From an uncultured Rickettsiales bacterium (GTDB lineage Bacteria > Pseudomonadota > Alphaproteobacteria > Rickettsiales > Rickettsiaceae): a stretch of DNA of 64,000 nucleotides. Shown here in pieces: positions 22,519-32,541 of the stretch. Positions within the stretch are counted from its first letter, which is position 1. Each line of letters opens with the position of its first letter. Position numbers and translations under genes: made by a program. Under the pieces are notes generated by a model. It ran no database searches and had not been told where the DNA came from. It saw only the letters and a program-made list of their open reading frames with translations. The DNA is taken from positions 51,992 through 115,991 of the forward strand of contig CAJBEU010000001.1 of assembly GCA_903952265.1 (NCBI GenBank). Direction: 5' to 3'.

Positions 22519-23298
22519 TTGAAATTTTGTATTAAACAATCTGTGTCCAAATCTTTATTGCTTATTAGACTAATTCCTAACCTTTTGACTTTTTCAGCTT
22601 TATCCATCGGATTTAGTGCTGTTCGTTTTGCCTTAGACGGTTCTTGGGAAAAGGCCGTGTGGTGTGTGATTTTAGCGGACATATTGGATATGTTAGACGG
22701 GCGTGTTGCAAGGTTTTTTAAAGTCACCTCGTCTTTTGGTGTGGAGCTTGACTCATTAGCTGACTTGATAAATTTTGGGGCCGTTCCGGCTTTGATTATT
22801 TATTTGTGGAGTTCTTCTGTGTTAATTAATAAGTCTAGTAAAATTTTATTGTGGTGTGCTGGCTCATTTTATTTAATTTGCGCCGCAATACGCCTTGCAA
22901 AATTCAACCTAGTAGCACACAATATTCGTTCTGAAGAGGGCATACGTTACTTTTTCTTCGGAGTTCCGACGAGCGTTGCAGCGATCTTTGCTTTAGTTCC
23001 TATAGTATGGGATTTTTCCTTGCGGCATCATTTCAATTATTCTCTCAAGGGCAGCATTTTATTGGTGCCTTATATAGTCTTCGTTGGAATACTGATGGCT
23101 AGTCGCATTCCGACTTTTTCTCTAAAATCCGTCAGAGTTTCTCACGAATACATTTGGATGTTACTAACATCATTTGCGATTTTAATTTTTGCTCTAGTTC
23201 TCTATCCTTGGTATTTGTTGCCTATCTGTACCTTATTGTATTTAATCAGTATTGTCTTTAGTGTTATATTTTTTGACAGACTTAAAGGTAGGCAGTAG
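22519..23298 (+). CDS. pssA: CDP-diacylglycerol--serine O-phosphatidyltransferase
   Basis: CDP-alcohol phosphatidyltransferase motif DILDMLDGRVARFFKVTSSFGVELDSLADL; multi-TM. TTG start as given by the track. Confidence 0.85.
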   Translation: MKFCIKQSVSKSLLLIRLIPNLLTFSALSIGFSAVRFALDGSWEKAVWCVILADILDMLDGRVARFFKVTSSFGVELDSLADLINFGAVPALIIYLWSSSVLINKSSKILLWCAGSFYLICAAIRLAKFNLVAHNIRSEEGIRYFFFGVPTSVAAIFALVPIVWDFSLRHHFNYSLKGSILLVPYIVFVGILMASRIPTFSLKSVRVSHEYIWMLLTSFAILIFALVLYPWYLLPICTLLYLISIVFSVIFFDRLKGRQ

Positions 23299-23472
23299 CC
23301 TCACGTTTGGAATTCAGTTCTTTGTACTTTTTTGTGCTTCTTATTGAATGATGCTGATTTTGGCATCTATAAATGTATGCCTTTTGATCATATAATTCAC
23401 ATGTATGTTGCATAACTGAGTGGGTTTTTCCCTTTCTTATTCAAATAAAGATTAATATTATTGTATAGAAAA

Positions 23473-24975
23473 ATGTCTATAGCCAGAGGAGTAGAGTTGC
23501 TTGAGATCATCGACGCTTTTGCAAGAGATAAAAACATGAGTGTTGAATTTGTTTGCGCAATAGTTGAAAGTGCCCTGGGTGCTGCCTGTAACCAAAAATA
23601 TGGAAAAGACCACGACATTAGGGCCGTGATAAATCGTAAAGATGGCAATGTGAGCCTTTATAGGGCCAAAGTGGTTGTCGAAGAGGTCTTAGACGATGCA
23701 AGAGAAGTATCTTATGAGGAAATTGCTTCAAAAGGTGAAAATTACAAAGTGGGAGACCTTGTTAAAGATCCTTTGCCTCCGTTTGAATTTTCTTCAAGTG
23801 CCGCTCACACAGTAAGGCGTGTTCTTTTTCAGCAAATGCAACTAGCAGAGAGGGAGTCTGAGTACAATGCTTTCAAAGATCGGGTGGGGGATATTGTTAG
23901 CGGAGTGGTAAAGTTTGTTGATTATAGAGGCGGCGTTACTATAAGCATTGCTGGCAATGCAGAAGGGCTCATTTCTAGAAACGATTTGTTGCCAACAGAC
24001 AGATTTAAGGAAGGAGAGAGAATTAGGGGATATATATACAAAGTTGAACCTAGAGATCGTGGTGCCCAGATCTTTTTGTCTAGGACTCATGCAGAGATGG
24101 TCTCTAAGCTTTTTGTTTTAGAGGTGCCGGAAGTCTATGACGGTGTAGTAACAATTAGAGGGGTTGCACGAGAAGCAGGTGCTAAATCAAAAATTGCAGT
24201 TTCTTCTGTTGACATTGCAATAGATCCAGTTCGTGCATGCGTAGGTCCTCGGGGTAGTAGAGTACAGGCAGTAAGCAATGAACTAAATGGAGAAAAAATT
24301 GATGTAGTGCTCTGGCACGAAGATCTTGCTCAATTTACCGTAAATTCTTTGGTTCCAGCCTCTGTAGAAAAAGTGGTTATTCACCAAAATTCAAGAATTA
24401 TAGAGGTCGTGGTACCTGAGGGAAAATTGAGTCTTGCAGTTGGGCGTCGCGGACAAAACGTCAGACTTGCTTCTAGGTTGGTTGGTTGGGAAATAAAGCT
24501 TTTAACAGCTGATCAAGAATCAGAAAAGCGTTTAGATCAATTTCAATCTTGTACCAATAGCCTTGTTGAGGCTCTAGATGTAGATGAAATTTTGGCTCAA
24601 ATGCTTATTTCCGAGGGTTTTGGTTCTGTGGAAGCTCTTGTAAAGTCTGATGAAAAACAAATCTCCTCAGTAGAGGGGTTTAGCGTGGAACTTGCAAGGG
24701 AGTTGCTTAGCCGTGCAAAAGAAGCCTATGCTAAGAAGCAAGCTGAGAAAGATTCTTATCTTAATGCCAATGGTGTTGAACTTGAATTATTGAACTTTCT
24801 CTCGGGAATTGAGTGGAAGGACTTTACACGCTTGGTAGACTATGGAATTAAGACAATAGAGGATCTTGGAGAAATTACTCTAGAGGAATTTAAGCAATGC
24901 GTGCAAGACCCTGTTTGGAGTTCTGCAAAGGTTCGCACTTTACTTCTTAATGCCCGAAAAGGCATTTCTGCATAA
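23473..24975 (+). CDS. nusA: Transcription termination/antitermination factor NusA
   Basis: N-terminal domain, S1 and two KH domains (GPRGSRVQAVSNELNGEKIDVV; VGRRGQNVRLASRL), then C-terminal acidic repeats. First ATG is 23473; track TTG is 23461. Confidence 0.95.
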   Translation: MSIARGVELLEIIDAFARDKNMSVEFVCAIVESALGAACNQKYGKDHDIRAVINRKDGNVSLYRAKVVVEEVLDDAREVSYEEIASKGENYKVGDLVKDPLPPFEFSSSAAHTVRRVLFQQMQLAERESEYNAFKDRVGDIVSGVVKFVDYRGGVTISIAGNAEGLISRNDLLPTDRFKEGERIRGYIYKVEPRDRGAQIFLSRTHAEMVSKLFVLEVPEVYDGVVTIRGVAREAGAKSKIAVSSVDIAIDPVRACVGPRGSRVQAVSNELNGEKIDVVLWHEDLAQFTVNSLVPASVEKVVIHQNSRIIEVVVPEGKLSLAVGRRGQNVRLASRLVGWEIKLLTADQESEKRLDQFQSCTNSLVEALDVDEILAQMLISEGFGSVEALVKSDEKQISSVEGFSVELARELLSRAKEAYAKKQAEKDSYLNANGVELELLNFLSGIEWKDFTRLVDYGIKTIEDLGEITLEEFKQCVQDPVWSSAKVRTLLLNARKGISA

Positions 24976-25011
24976 TGTGTATTTAAAACAATAAGGTATG
25001 GCTTTTGGCCT

Positions 25012-27408
25012 ATGGTAGAGGATAAAAAAGAAGAGGGTTTTCAGGAAAAAAAGAAGAGAATTACTCTTGGTGTTGGAGGCCCTTCATTAGATAAAGATGC
25101 AATTAAGGCCAGATTTTTGTCTGGTAGTAGCAGAGATTCTATCGCAGTTTCTGTTAGAACTAACAAGGTGGTTTCTTATTCTGTGTCTTCCAGCGATGGT
25201 ACAAACGATCTGGAGGCTCTCAAGATTGCCAAGGACGAGACACGCAAACAGATCGATCTAGCTTTTAACAAACCTTTTTTAAGCCAGGAAGCGGAACAAA
25301 TTCAGCAAGAAATTGCAAGTAAAGCAGAGTTGCCTACAGAATTAGTTCCTGTAGAACTAGATGCATCAATTTTAGTTGATTCAGTCGTTGTAGAAGATAA
25401 GGCTGTTGTTTTGGCTAAACCTGCACGACACGTTAACAAACACGACATCGAAGAACAAAAAGGTGAGCCTAGCGTAGATGACAAAGCTCAAACTTTTCGC
25501 AATAAAGAGAAAGACTCTCGCAGATTACATAAAGCTAATCTGATGAGGCTGAGTCAGGTAGGAGAAGATGAAATAGTCACTATTAGAAGTTTATCGGCAA
25601 TAAAAAGGGCAAAAGAAAAAGCAAAAAGGCGTAGTTTTCTCAACAACTCGGTAGGGGTTTCCAAAGTTTATAGAGAGATATCTCTTTCTGGGCCCATGAT
25701 TGTGTCTGAATTAGCTCATTCTATGTCTGAAAAGGTTGTGGATGTGGTTAGAATTTTGATGGACTTGGGGATTATTGCACGAGCTAATGAGGTTATTGAT
25801 GAGGATACAATCGAGGTTGTTGCTTCTTCTTTGGGTCATACGGTTAAAAAGGTTTCTCAAGATCTAGGAGTGCATGCTTTAATTCAAAGCTTTGTAGATA
25901 AGGAGGAAGATTTATCTCCTCGTCCTCCAGTTGTAACAATCATGGGTCATGTTGATCACGGAAAGACTTCTTTACTAGACGCACTGAGAAAAACTGACGT
26001 AGTGAGCGGTGAGGCTGGGGGCATCACTCAGCATATGGGTGCTTATCAGATCAGTTCCGGAGACAAGCTTATTACTGTTTTAGATACTCCAGGGCACGAG
26101 GCTTTTTCTCAGATGAGAAAAAGAGGCGCTCAAATTACGGACATTATTGTGATTGTGATAGCGGCCGACAGCGGTATTAAGGAGCAAACTATAGAATCAA
26201 TTGCTCACGCAAAATCTTCTAATATTCCTGTAATAGTTGCTATTAACAAGATAGATAAGCCCGGAGTAGATTTGGATCGTATAAAAAATATGCTTGTGGG
26301 TCACGACATTTTGCCAGAAGAAATGGGCGGAGATGTTCTTGTTGTTCCAGTGTCTGCTAAAGCTAAAACTAATCTTACGGGCCTGACTGATGGAATCTTG
26401 CTTGTCGCAGAGATGTTACATTTAAGGGCTAATTGCAATGTCTTAGCCTCTGGTGTTGTTATAGAGTCCTCTCTAAATGCTACAACCGGGGTTAGTGCCA
26501 CAGTTTTAGTCAGAAGGGGTAAGCTTGCCGTTGGAGATGTTTTGGTGGCTGGAAATAGTTTTGGCAAAGTAAAAAGATTGGTCAATCATAAGGGAGTTAG
26601 TGTAGAGTATGCGCTGCCATCCACTCCGGTGGAGGTTATGGGTCTTGGTTCTTTGCCTCAGGCTGGAGACCAATTTCTTGTAGTGGAGAATGAAAAAAAG
26701 GCTAGAAGCCTTATTCGCAGCGACGATAATCAAGATAAGCCCCTTAATGTTCCTACTAGAACCCTGGCAAATTCTTTATCTAGGGGTTCTGCGAAGCAAT
26801 TATTTGTGGTTCTAAAGGTAGACGTACAAGGGTCTTTGGATGCTATTATAGGAGGTCTGACTAAAACTATTCATGAAGATGTTAAGCTTTGCATTTTGCA
26901 CTCTGGAGTTGGAGATGTGAATGAATCTGATGTGCGCCTTGCTTGTGCATCTCGGGCTATTATTCTCACATTTAACTCTGGAGTAATCGCTAAGGCTTCA
27001 AAAATGGCAAAAGATAAGAATGTAGAAATTAGATCCTATAAAATAGTTTACGACTTACTAAGTGAGGTAAAATCCTTACTAAATGACATGTTAAGTCCTA
27101 TAGAGCATGAAAAGGTTATAGGAGTTGCAATTGTTCTGCAGGTATTTGAAATCACCAAATTTGGCAAAGTTGCAGGATGTAAAGTGAAAGAGGGTCTGAT
27201 AAAACGTGGATATAGGGCTAAAATCTTGAGAGACGGTAAGCAATTGTGTTTGACTTCTATAGTTCAGCTCAAGCGCCAAAAAGACGACGTTAAGGAAGTA
27301 AAGGAATCTTTTGAATGTGGAATTGGATTGGAAAAATTTACTGATATTAGAGAAGGAGATATGATAGAGTGCGTTGAAGTGACGTCAGAAAAACAAAAAT
27401 TCTTCTAA
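25012..27408 (+). CDS. infB: Translation initiation factor IF-2
   Basis: G-domain motifs GHVDHGKTSLLD, DTPGHEAF and NKIDK. Follows nusA. Confidence 0.96.
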   Translation: MVEDKKEEGFQEKKKRITLGVGGPSLDKDAIKARFLSGSSRDSIAVSVRTNKVVSYSVSSSDGTNDLEALKIAKDETRKQIDLAFNKPFLSQEAEQIQQEIASKAELPTELVPVELDASILVDSVVVEDKAVVLAKPARHVNKHDIEEQKGEPSVDDKAQTFRNKEKDSRRLHKANLMRLSQVGEDEIVTIRSLSAIKRAKEKAKRRSFLNNSVGVSKVYREISLSGPMIVSELAHSMSEKVVDVVRILMDLGIIARANEVIDEDTIEVVASSLGHTVKKVSQDLGVHALIQSFVDKEEDLSPRPPVVTIMGHVDHGKTSLLDALRKTDVVSGEAGGITQHMGAYQISSGDKLITVLDTPGHEAFSQMRKRGAQITDIIVIVIAADSGIKEQTIESIAHAKSSNIPVIVAINKIDKPGVDLDRIKNMLVGHDILPEEMGGDVLVVPVSAKAKTNLTGLTDGILLVAEMLHLRANCNVLASGVVIESSLNATTGVSATVLVRRGKLAVGDVLVAGNSFGKVKRLVNHKGVSVEYALPSTPVEVMGLGSLPQAGDQFLVVENEKKARSLIRSDDNQDKPLNVPTRTLANSLSRGSAKQLFVVLKVDVQGSLDAIIGGLTKTIHEDVKLCILHSGVGDVNESDVRLACASRAIILTFNSGVIAKASKMAKDKNVEIRSYKIVYDLLSEVKSLLNDMLSPIEHEKVIGVAIVLQVFEITKFGKVAGCKVKEGLIKRGYRAKILRDGKQLCLTSIVQLKRQKDDVKEVKESFECGIGLEKFTDIREGDMIECVEVTSEKQKFF

Positions 27409-27434
27409 TTTTTTTGAGAGCAGCAAGACGGAAA

Positions 27435-28013
27435 TTATTGTTTGTTTATAGGAGCAACTTCAACTGATATAACTTCTGGAACGTGATACTGCAGTGTCGT
27501 CTGAATTCCATGTTTTAGAGTCATCTCAGAGCTTGGGCATCCTCTGCAAGCTCCCACCAAAGAGATTGTTACAACTCCATCTTGAAAGCCGTGATATACT
27601 AAATCTCCTCCATCCATAGCAATCGCTGGTCGTACGTATTCTTCCAAAATCTGTTTTATTTGATCATCTACAGAACTGCTGTTTGAGTAATCAATCGAAT
27701 TTTTTTCTACATCTTCTTCTTTGATTTTTCTATCAAAAACTTTATTGGTAAGGCTAAAATGATCAATAATCGTCAAAATAGCTTTTGATTTTATTAATTC
27801 CCATGAAGAGTTTTCTTTCTTTGTTAGGGTGATGAAATCATTTCCGAAAAACACAACTTCTACTTCCTCTATTAGAAAAAGCTTACTTGCTAAAGAGCTT
27901 TCATGACAATCTTCTAGGGATAGAAAGGTTTTAGATTCCTTGGGACTAATTGGCCTAAAGCATACAAATTTCACTGCATCGGGATTTGGAGTACTTTCAT
28001 CTTTGATTAGCAT
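27435..28013 (-). CDS. NifU-family Fe-S cluster assembly protein (Nfu N-terminal domain + NifU C-terminal domain)
   Basis: N-terminal TPNPDAVKF (Nfu_N-like) and a C-terminal GACRGCPSS CxxC motif. Confidence 0.85.
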   Translation of the reverse strand: MLIKDESTPNPDAVKFVCFRPISPKESKTFLSLEDCHESSLASKLFLIEEVEVVFFGNDFITLTKKENSSWELIKSKAILTIIDHFSLTNKVFDRKIKEEDVEKNSIDYSNSSSVDDQIKQILEEYVRPAIAMDGGDLVYHGFQDGVVTISLVGACRGCPSSEMTLKHGIQTTLQYHVPEVISVEVAPINKQ

Positions 28014-28022
28014 GCTTTATCT

Positions 28023-29579
28023 CTAATTTAAGTGTTTTTGTAGCAACTTTTTGGAATCTTCTTTGCCTAAAATAGCTAAAAGGGATCCTAACCTTGGCCC
28101 ACTATCTTGTCCTAATAACACTAGATACATTTGCTGAAAATATTCTTTTAGAGGAATTGACTGATTTTTCATTCCAAGAGAATAAATGTAATTTTGTAGT
28201 GCCTGTGCATCTATTTCTCCTTCAATTTCGTTTATGTATTTTAATAAAAGTGCAAGATCGGATTTTTGCTCCGTATTAGCAACTAGGTTAGCTTTATTGC
28301 CCTTTATAAAATCTTTGTAGTAAAGATAAGCCTTTTGAATAAGTTGTAGTAAGAATTCAGACGTGTCACTGGTTAGGTTTTTTCTGTAGTATTTTGTGAT
28401 TATATTCAACAGAATAGATTCGTTTTCTACGTTTGAGGCTGATGCTACGTTTATCAGCATTGTAAAATTTATTCCATGAGTTTCTAGAACAGGTACTATT
28501 CCATTGTGAATATGATGCGCAGGGTTGTTATATCTTTCCTGTTCGGTTTGGCCAAAGTATGCCTGATTTAAATTTATATATTCGTCTACACTTTTGGGAA
28601 CGACGCCAAGATGCATTTTTTTTGCCCTTTCGGGGTTTTGGTAAATGAAAAGTTTCAAACTTTCAATCGGTGCGTAAAAAAGCCATTGATCAAGGTCTAA
28701 GCTATTTCCTTTAGATTTAGATATTTTTTCTCCGTTTTCTCCTAAAAAATGCTCGTAATGAAAATCTATCGGAGAGGGCCTGCCTAAGATTTTACATATC
28801 TGAGAATACAGGGTCGAGTTGCAACTTACGTCCTTTCCGTACATTTCAAAATCTACATTCAAAGCTGCCCATCTCATTCCAAGGTCAGCTTTCCACTGTA
28901 ACTTACAATTGCCTCCAGTCACTTTAGTAGTGACTAGATCATTTGTTATTGGATCTTTGTATGTAATTGTATGATTTTTTACATCCTTCTCTAAAGTGGG
29001 TACTTCTAGGACTTTGTTAGTCCTTTTGCATATAGGCATGAATGGTGAATAAGTCTCTTTCCTATTGTTTAGAGTAGGCAGAACTGCTGCCATAATTTCT
29101 TCATATTTTTCTAAAACTTTGACTAGATACTCGTCAAATTTGCCACTTTTGTAAAAATCTGACGCAGTGCATAATTCGTATTCAAAACCGAATTTGTCTA
29201 AAAAAGACTTTACCTTTTTGTTCATATTTGCACTAAAGCTTTCTTCTTCTTCAAAAGGATCCGGTATACTCGATAGTGGCTGATTTATGTATTTAGCCAG
29301 CATCTCTTTATTGGGAAGATTGAGTGGCACTTTGCGCAATCCGTCCATGTCGTCAGAAAAGCAAATTAGTTTCGTAGGTACGTCGCACATTTTTCTCAAT
29401 GCATTTAGCACCATGGAGGTTCTTAAAACCTCACTAAAAGTACCAATGTGCGGCAATCCTGATGGACCATATCCGGTTTCAAATAGAACGTATCCCTTAC
29501 CGTTGTGATGATTTTCTATTTTTGATTTAATTTTTTTTGCCAAAACTACAGGCCAGGCGTGGACACTTTCAAAATTCAT
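28023..29579 (-). CDS. lysK: Lysyl-tRNA synthetase, class I
   Basis: 518 aa. HIGH-like PHIGTFSEV and KMSKS-like KISKSKG, with the class I LysRS architecture typical of alphaproteobacteria/Rickettsiales. Confidence 0.9.
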   Translation of the reverse strand: MNFESVHAWPVVLAKKIKSKIENHHNGKGYVLFETGYGPSGLPHIGTFSEVLRTSMVLNALRKMCDVPTKLICFSDDMDGLRKVPLNLPNKEMLAKYINQPLSSIPDPFEEEESFSANMNKKVKSFLDKFGFEYELCTASDFYKSGKFDEYLVKVLEKYEEIMAAVLPTLNNRKETYSPFMPICKRTNKVLEVPTLEKDVKNHTITYKDPITNDLVTTKVTGGNCKLQWKADLGMRWAALNVDFEMYGKDVSCNSTLYSQICKILGRPSPIDFHYEHFLGENGEKISKSKGNSLDLDQWLFYAPIESLKLFIYQNPERAKKMHLGVVPKSVDEYINLNQAYFGQTEQERYNNPAHHIHNGIVPVLETHGINFTMLINVASASNVENESILLNIITKYYRKNLTSDTSEFLLQLIQKAYLYYKDFIKGNKANLVANTEQKSDLALLLKYINEIEGEIDAQALQNYIYSLGMKNQSIPLKEYFQQMYLVLLGQDSGPRLGSLLAILGKEDSKKLLQKHLN

Positions 29580-29663
29580 GAAATTGAGGTTTTGATTTAA
29601 TATAGAATGTTGTAGTGAATGAAATCGTCTCAGTTCGATCCGTGAATAATTCCTTTAGCCTTT

Positions 29664-30008
29664 TTAATTGTGTTTGGGAGTAATTGGAGGATTAGTAGTG
29701 CAATATTTTTCAAATTTGTTTGTCTCTTTTGCGTGCTTTTCTGCCTGAGGCAAGGGCGGTTTGCTTTTAAGTATTGCAGGCCACTCCTTGCTTAACTTTG
29801 CATTCATTTCTACCCAATGTATTGATTTTGGAGACTCAGGTTCTATTGCGCCAACCGGACATTCTGGTTCACACACTCCGCAATCTATGCATACATTTGG
29901 ATCTATTACTAGCATCATTTCTCCTTCGTGAAAGCAGCTCACTGGACATACATCTACGCAGTCGGTATACTTACATTTGACGCATGCATCTGTGACAACG
30001 TATGCCAT
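29664..30008 (-). CDS. fdxA: 7Fe ferredoxin (FdxA-type)
   Basis: [23 protein letters not shown] plus [12 protein letters not shown] cysteine clusters. Confidence 0.9.
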   Translation of the reverse strand: MAYVVTDACVKCKYTDCVDVCPVSCFHEGEMMLVIDPNVCIDCGVCEPECPVGAIEPESPKSIHWVEMNAKLSKEWPAILKSKPPLPQAEKHAKETNKFEKYCTTNPPITPKHN

Positions 30009-30217
30009 ATTGCTTTTGAGTTTTATCTAATGACTGTGTCCAGATTATTAGATAAAAGTGTGCGGCACAACACAAAAAGTGAATTTATTCAAATCTTAGG
30101 GCTTTTCTTTTGCATTTTTATCTTGTCATAGATTATTCGATGTGGTAGTTAGTGAACCATATACACGATTGGCTTTTGCCTGCTGATTGTGCGTTTTGCG
30201 CACGTCTTGCATTAAGC

Positions 30218-30297
30218 GGTCCTTTTGTTTCTTGAGTTGCCACTCACTTTTAACTTTCTTGACCTTGTTTTTTCTAGGAGCTTTCTGTTTTTCAGCT
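30218..30297 (+). promoter_or_regulatory. Pyrimidine-rich, G-poor tract in the rho 5' leader (candidate rut-like autoregulatory site)
   Basis: Sequence ...tccttttgtttcttgagttgccactcacttttaactttcttgaccttgttttttct... lies 70-150 nt upstream of the rho ATG inside a 359-bp spacer. Confidence 0.3.
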
Positions 30298-30367
30298 TGA
30301 GTGCTGATCGATCGACTTGTTGTGCGATTTTTATCTAAATAAAATAACCAATTATAATTAGGGATTT

Positions 30368-31759
30368 ATGCTGAGGGAAGATAATAACGGTATAGTTCGT
30401 GATCATGAGTTAGATTTGCAAGAAGCAGAAAATGCTTCCGCTATTTCTGAAAATGATAATGATTTTGTTTTGAGAATTTTTGGTGGCAACAAAGTTTATT
30501 TAAATCAATTGAAAAGCAAGTCTCCGGAGGCTTTGCACGACATTGCAAAAGAGTGTGGACTAAAAAACTCTGGTAACATGCTAAAACAAGAACTTTTGTT
30601 TTCTATACTTAAGAAAGTTGCTGAGCACAGGGGTGAAATTGTAGGAGAGGGGCTTTTGGAGGTTCTTTCTGATGGTTTTGGATTTTTGAGATCTTCTAGC
30701 TCTAATTATCTCGCAGGTCCCGACGATATCTATGTTTCTCCAAATCAGATCCGCAGGTTTTCTCTGCGCACCGGAGATACAGTTGAAGGGGAAATTAGAG
30801 CGCCAAAAAACAATGCAGAAAGATATTTTGCATTAGCAAAAGTCAATACTGTAAACTATGCACCTTTGAGAGATGCGGCAAATCGCATTCACTTTGACAA
30901 TTTGACACCTCTTTTTCCTGAAGAAAAGTTACAGCTTGAGACTCCAAAGGCGGACGTACGAGATATGGGGGCTCGTGTAATAGATTTGGTAGCTCCTTTG
31001 GGTAAAGGGCAGAGAGGGCTTATTGTTGCTCCTCCTAGAACAGGAAAAACTGTATTGTTACAAAATATGGCTCACTCCATTTCTAAAAACCATCCAGAAG
31101 CAATTCTGATAGTACTTCTTATTGATGAAAGGCCCGAGGAAGTTACAGATATGCAAAGATCTGTAAAAGGGGAGGTTGTAAGTTCAACCTTTGACGAACC
31201 AGCAAGCCGTCACGTGCAGCTTGCAGAACTCGTGATCGAAAAGGCAAAGCGTCTGGTAGAGCATAAGAGAGATGTGATTATTTTGCTTGATTCTTTAACC
31301 CGTCTTGCAAGGGCTTACAATGCTGTGATGCCTTCCTCTGGAAAAGTTTTAACCGGAGGGGTGGACGCAAATGCATTACAAAGGCCTAAAAGATTCTTTG
31401 GAGCTGCTCGTAATGTCGAACATGGAAGTTCTTTGACAATAATTGCAACTGCCCTTATTGAAACAGGCTCCAGAATGGACGAAGTGATTTTTGAGGAATT
31501 TAAAGGAACAGGAAATTCTGAAATTGTTTTAGATAGACGCATTGCAGACAAGCGAACATATCCAGCAATCGACATAAATAAGTCAGGGACAAGAAGGGAG
31601 GAGCTTCTTGTGGATAGGGCAACTTTAAACAAAATGTGGATTTTGCGTAGAATTTTAGCGCCCATGAATACTTTAGAATCTATAGACTTTTTACTTACAA
31701 AGCTCAGGAGTACTAAAACCAACGTAGAATTTTTTGACTCAATGAATACTCATGCTTAA
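30368..31759 (+). CDS. rho: Transcription termination factor Rho
   Basis: RNA-binding GFGFLR and Walker A APPRTGKT. Has an N-terminal extension of about 40 aa relative to the E. coli length. Confidence 0.96.
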   Translation: MLREDNNGIVRDHELDLQEAENASAISENDNDFVLRIFGGNKVYLNQLKSKSPEALHDIAKECGLKNSGNMLKQELLFSILKKVAEHRGEIVGEGLLEVLSDGFGFLRSSSSNYLAGPDDIYVSPNQIRRFSLRTGDTVEGEIRAPKNNAERYFALAKVNTVNYAPLRDAANRIHFDNLTPLFPEEKLQLETPKADVRDMGARVIDLVAPLGKGQRGLIVAPPRTGKTVLLQNMAHSISKNHPEAILIVLLIDERPEEVTDMQRSVKGEVVSSTFDEPASRHVQLAELVIEKAKRLVEHKRDVIILLDSLTRLARAYNAVMPSSGKVLTGGVDANALQRPKRFFGAARNVEHGSSLTIIATALIETGSRMDEVIFEEFKGTGNSEIVLDRRIADKRTYPAIDINKSGTRREELLVDRATLNKMWILRRILAPMNTLESIDFLLTKLRSTKTNVEFFDSMNTHA

Positions 31760-31818
31760 GGTTGATTTATTGAATGATTTTTACTACCATAGAGATACAA
31801 TAATTTGATACTTTAAAA

Positions 31819-32133
31819 ATGAATATTGGTAGCTGCTCGGCAGTAAGCAACTTACTTGTGGATCTTTGCTTTGCGTCTCGTAACGACTTGTCGAATTCCA
31901 AGGATAATGAAAAAGGTTTTAGTTTAAATCCTGTTTCTGCAAAGCAATTGGACGATTTTGCCTTGCGCGATTGTTTTAGCCGAGCTGTAAGCAAGGCATT
32001 TTTTTGTCTAGGAGACTCTGAACAAAGTTTGCAGCAGAGTATTTTTAGACGTTTTCAAGCTCACGTTTTTTTTGATGCCTTGATGCAAGATAAGAAAGAT
32101 AACAACTCAGGAGCGCTGTCTTTTTATGTCTAG
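31819..32133 (+). CDS. Hypothetical protein; possible FlgJ-type rod-binding domain protein
   Basis: 104 aa. AKQLDDFALRDCFSRAV ... GDSEQSLQQSIFRRFQAHVFFDAL loosely parallels the A-K-x-F-E-A-x-F-L-x-x-M-F motif of alphaproteobacterial rod-binding proteins, recalled from memory. Its stop overlaps the next ORF start. Confidence 0.4.
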   Translation: MNIGSCSAVSNLLVDLCFASRNDLSNSKDNEKGFSLNPVSAKQLDDFALRDCFSRAVSKAFFCLGDSEQSLQQSIFRRFQAHVFFDALMQDKKDNNSGALSFYV

Positions 32134-32524
32134 TGAAAATACCGACGTTGCTTTTTTAGATGATGCATGCAAAAAGCTCTTGACTGCTGTGGAAGATTTG
32201 ATAAATGCAACTGAAGATGCAAAAGAAGCCGTGCTTTTAAGCAAAGGAATTGAGGCTTGCTTTTTGCGCTCACAAGAGTGTGCGACAGCTGCGAAGTCAG
32301 CGTTTGAGTCTCTAGAAGGACAAAAGCTGTTTCCTGAAGGATTAAGCTCCATTATGAGGGAGAAAATTCAGGAGTCAGTAGAGCGGTGGCATGCTGTTAT
32401 GCAAGATTTTGCTTTTCTTGCAAAGTCTCAAATGGACAAGGCTGAAAATGCGATTTACAATTCCCAAAATGTGCAGGGTCCTTCGAGTGAAGGTCCTGGT
32501 GTTGTTTTGAACGATTCGGTATAG
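32126..32524 (+). CDS. Hypothetical acidic, helix-rich protein; possible FlgN-like export chaperone
   Basis: 132 aa, with no recognisable catalytic motif. Its size, charge and position immediately upstream of the FlgK-like ORF fit FlgN/FlaN. Start overlaps the upstream stop (ATGTCTAG). Confidence 0.35.
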   Translation: MSSENTDVAFLDDACKKLLTAVEDLINATEDAKEAVLLSKGIEACFLRSQECATAAKSAFESLEGQKLFPEGLSSIMREKIQESVERWHAVMQDFAFLAKSQMDKAENAIYNSQNVQGPSSEGPGVVLNDSV

Positions 32525-32527
32525 AAA

Positions 32528-32539
32528 AAGGAGGTGATC
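32528..32539 (+). promoter_or_regulatory. Extended Shine-Dalgarno AAGGAGGTGATC before the 470-aa ORF
   Basis: A 12-nt stretch that would pair perfectly with the canonical 16S rRNA 3' tail (GATCACCTCCTT). The GGAGG core ends 7 nt before ATG 32542. Confidence 0.6.
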
Positions 32540-32541
32540 TC

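Noticed and set aside
30131-30367. Lys/Arg-rich open frame on the minus strand of the rho leader (..KQKAPRKNKVKKVKSEWQLKKQKDRLMQDVRK..)
   Set aside because: There is no ATG/GTG/TTG start before the last 26 codons. The frame is open simply because the strand is purine-rich and T-poor. It is better explained as the complement of a pyrimidine-rich rho leader.
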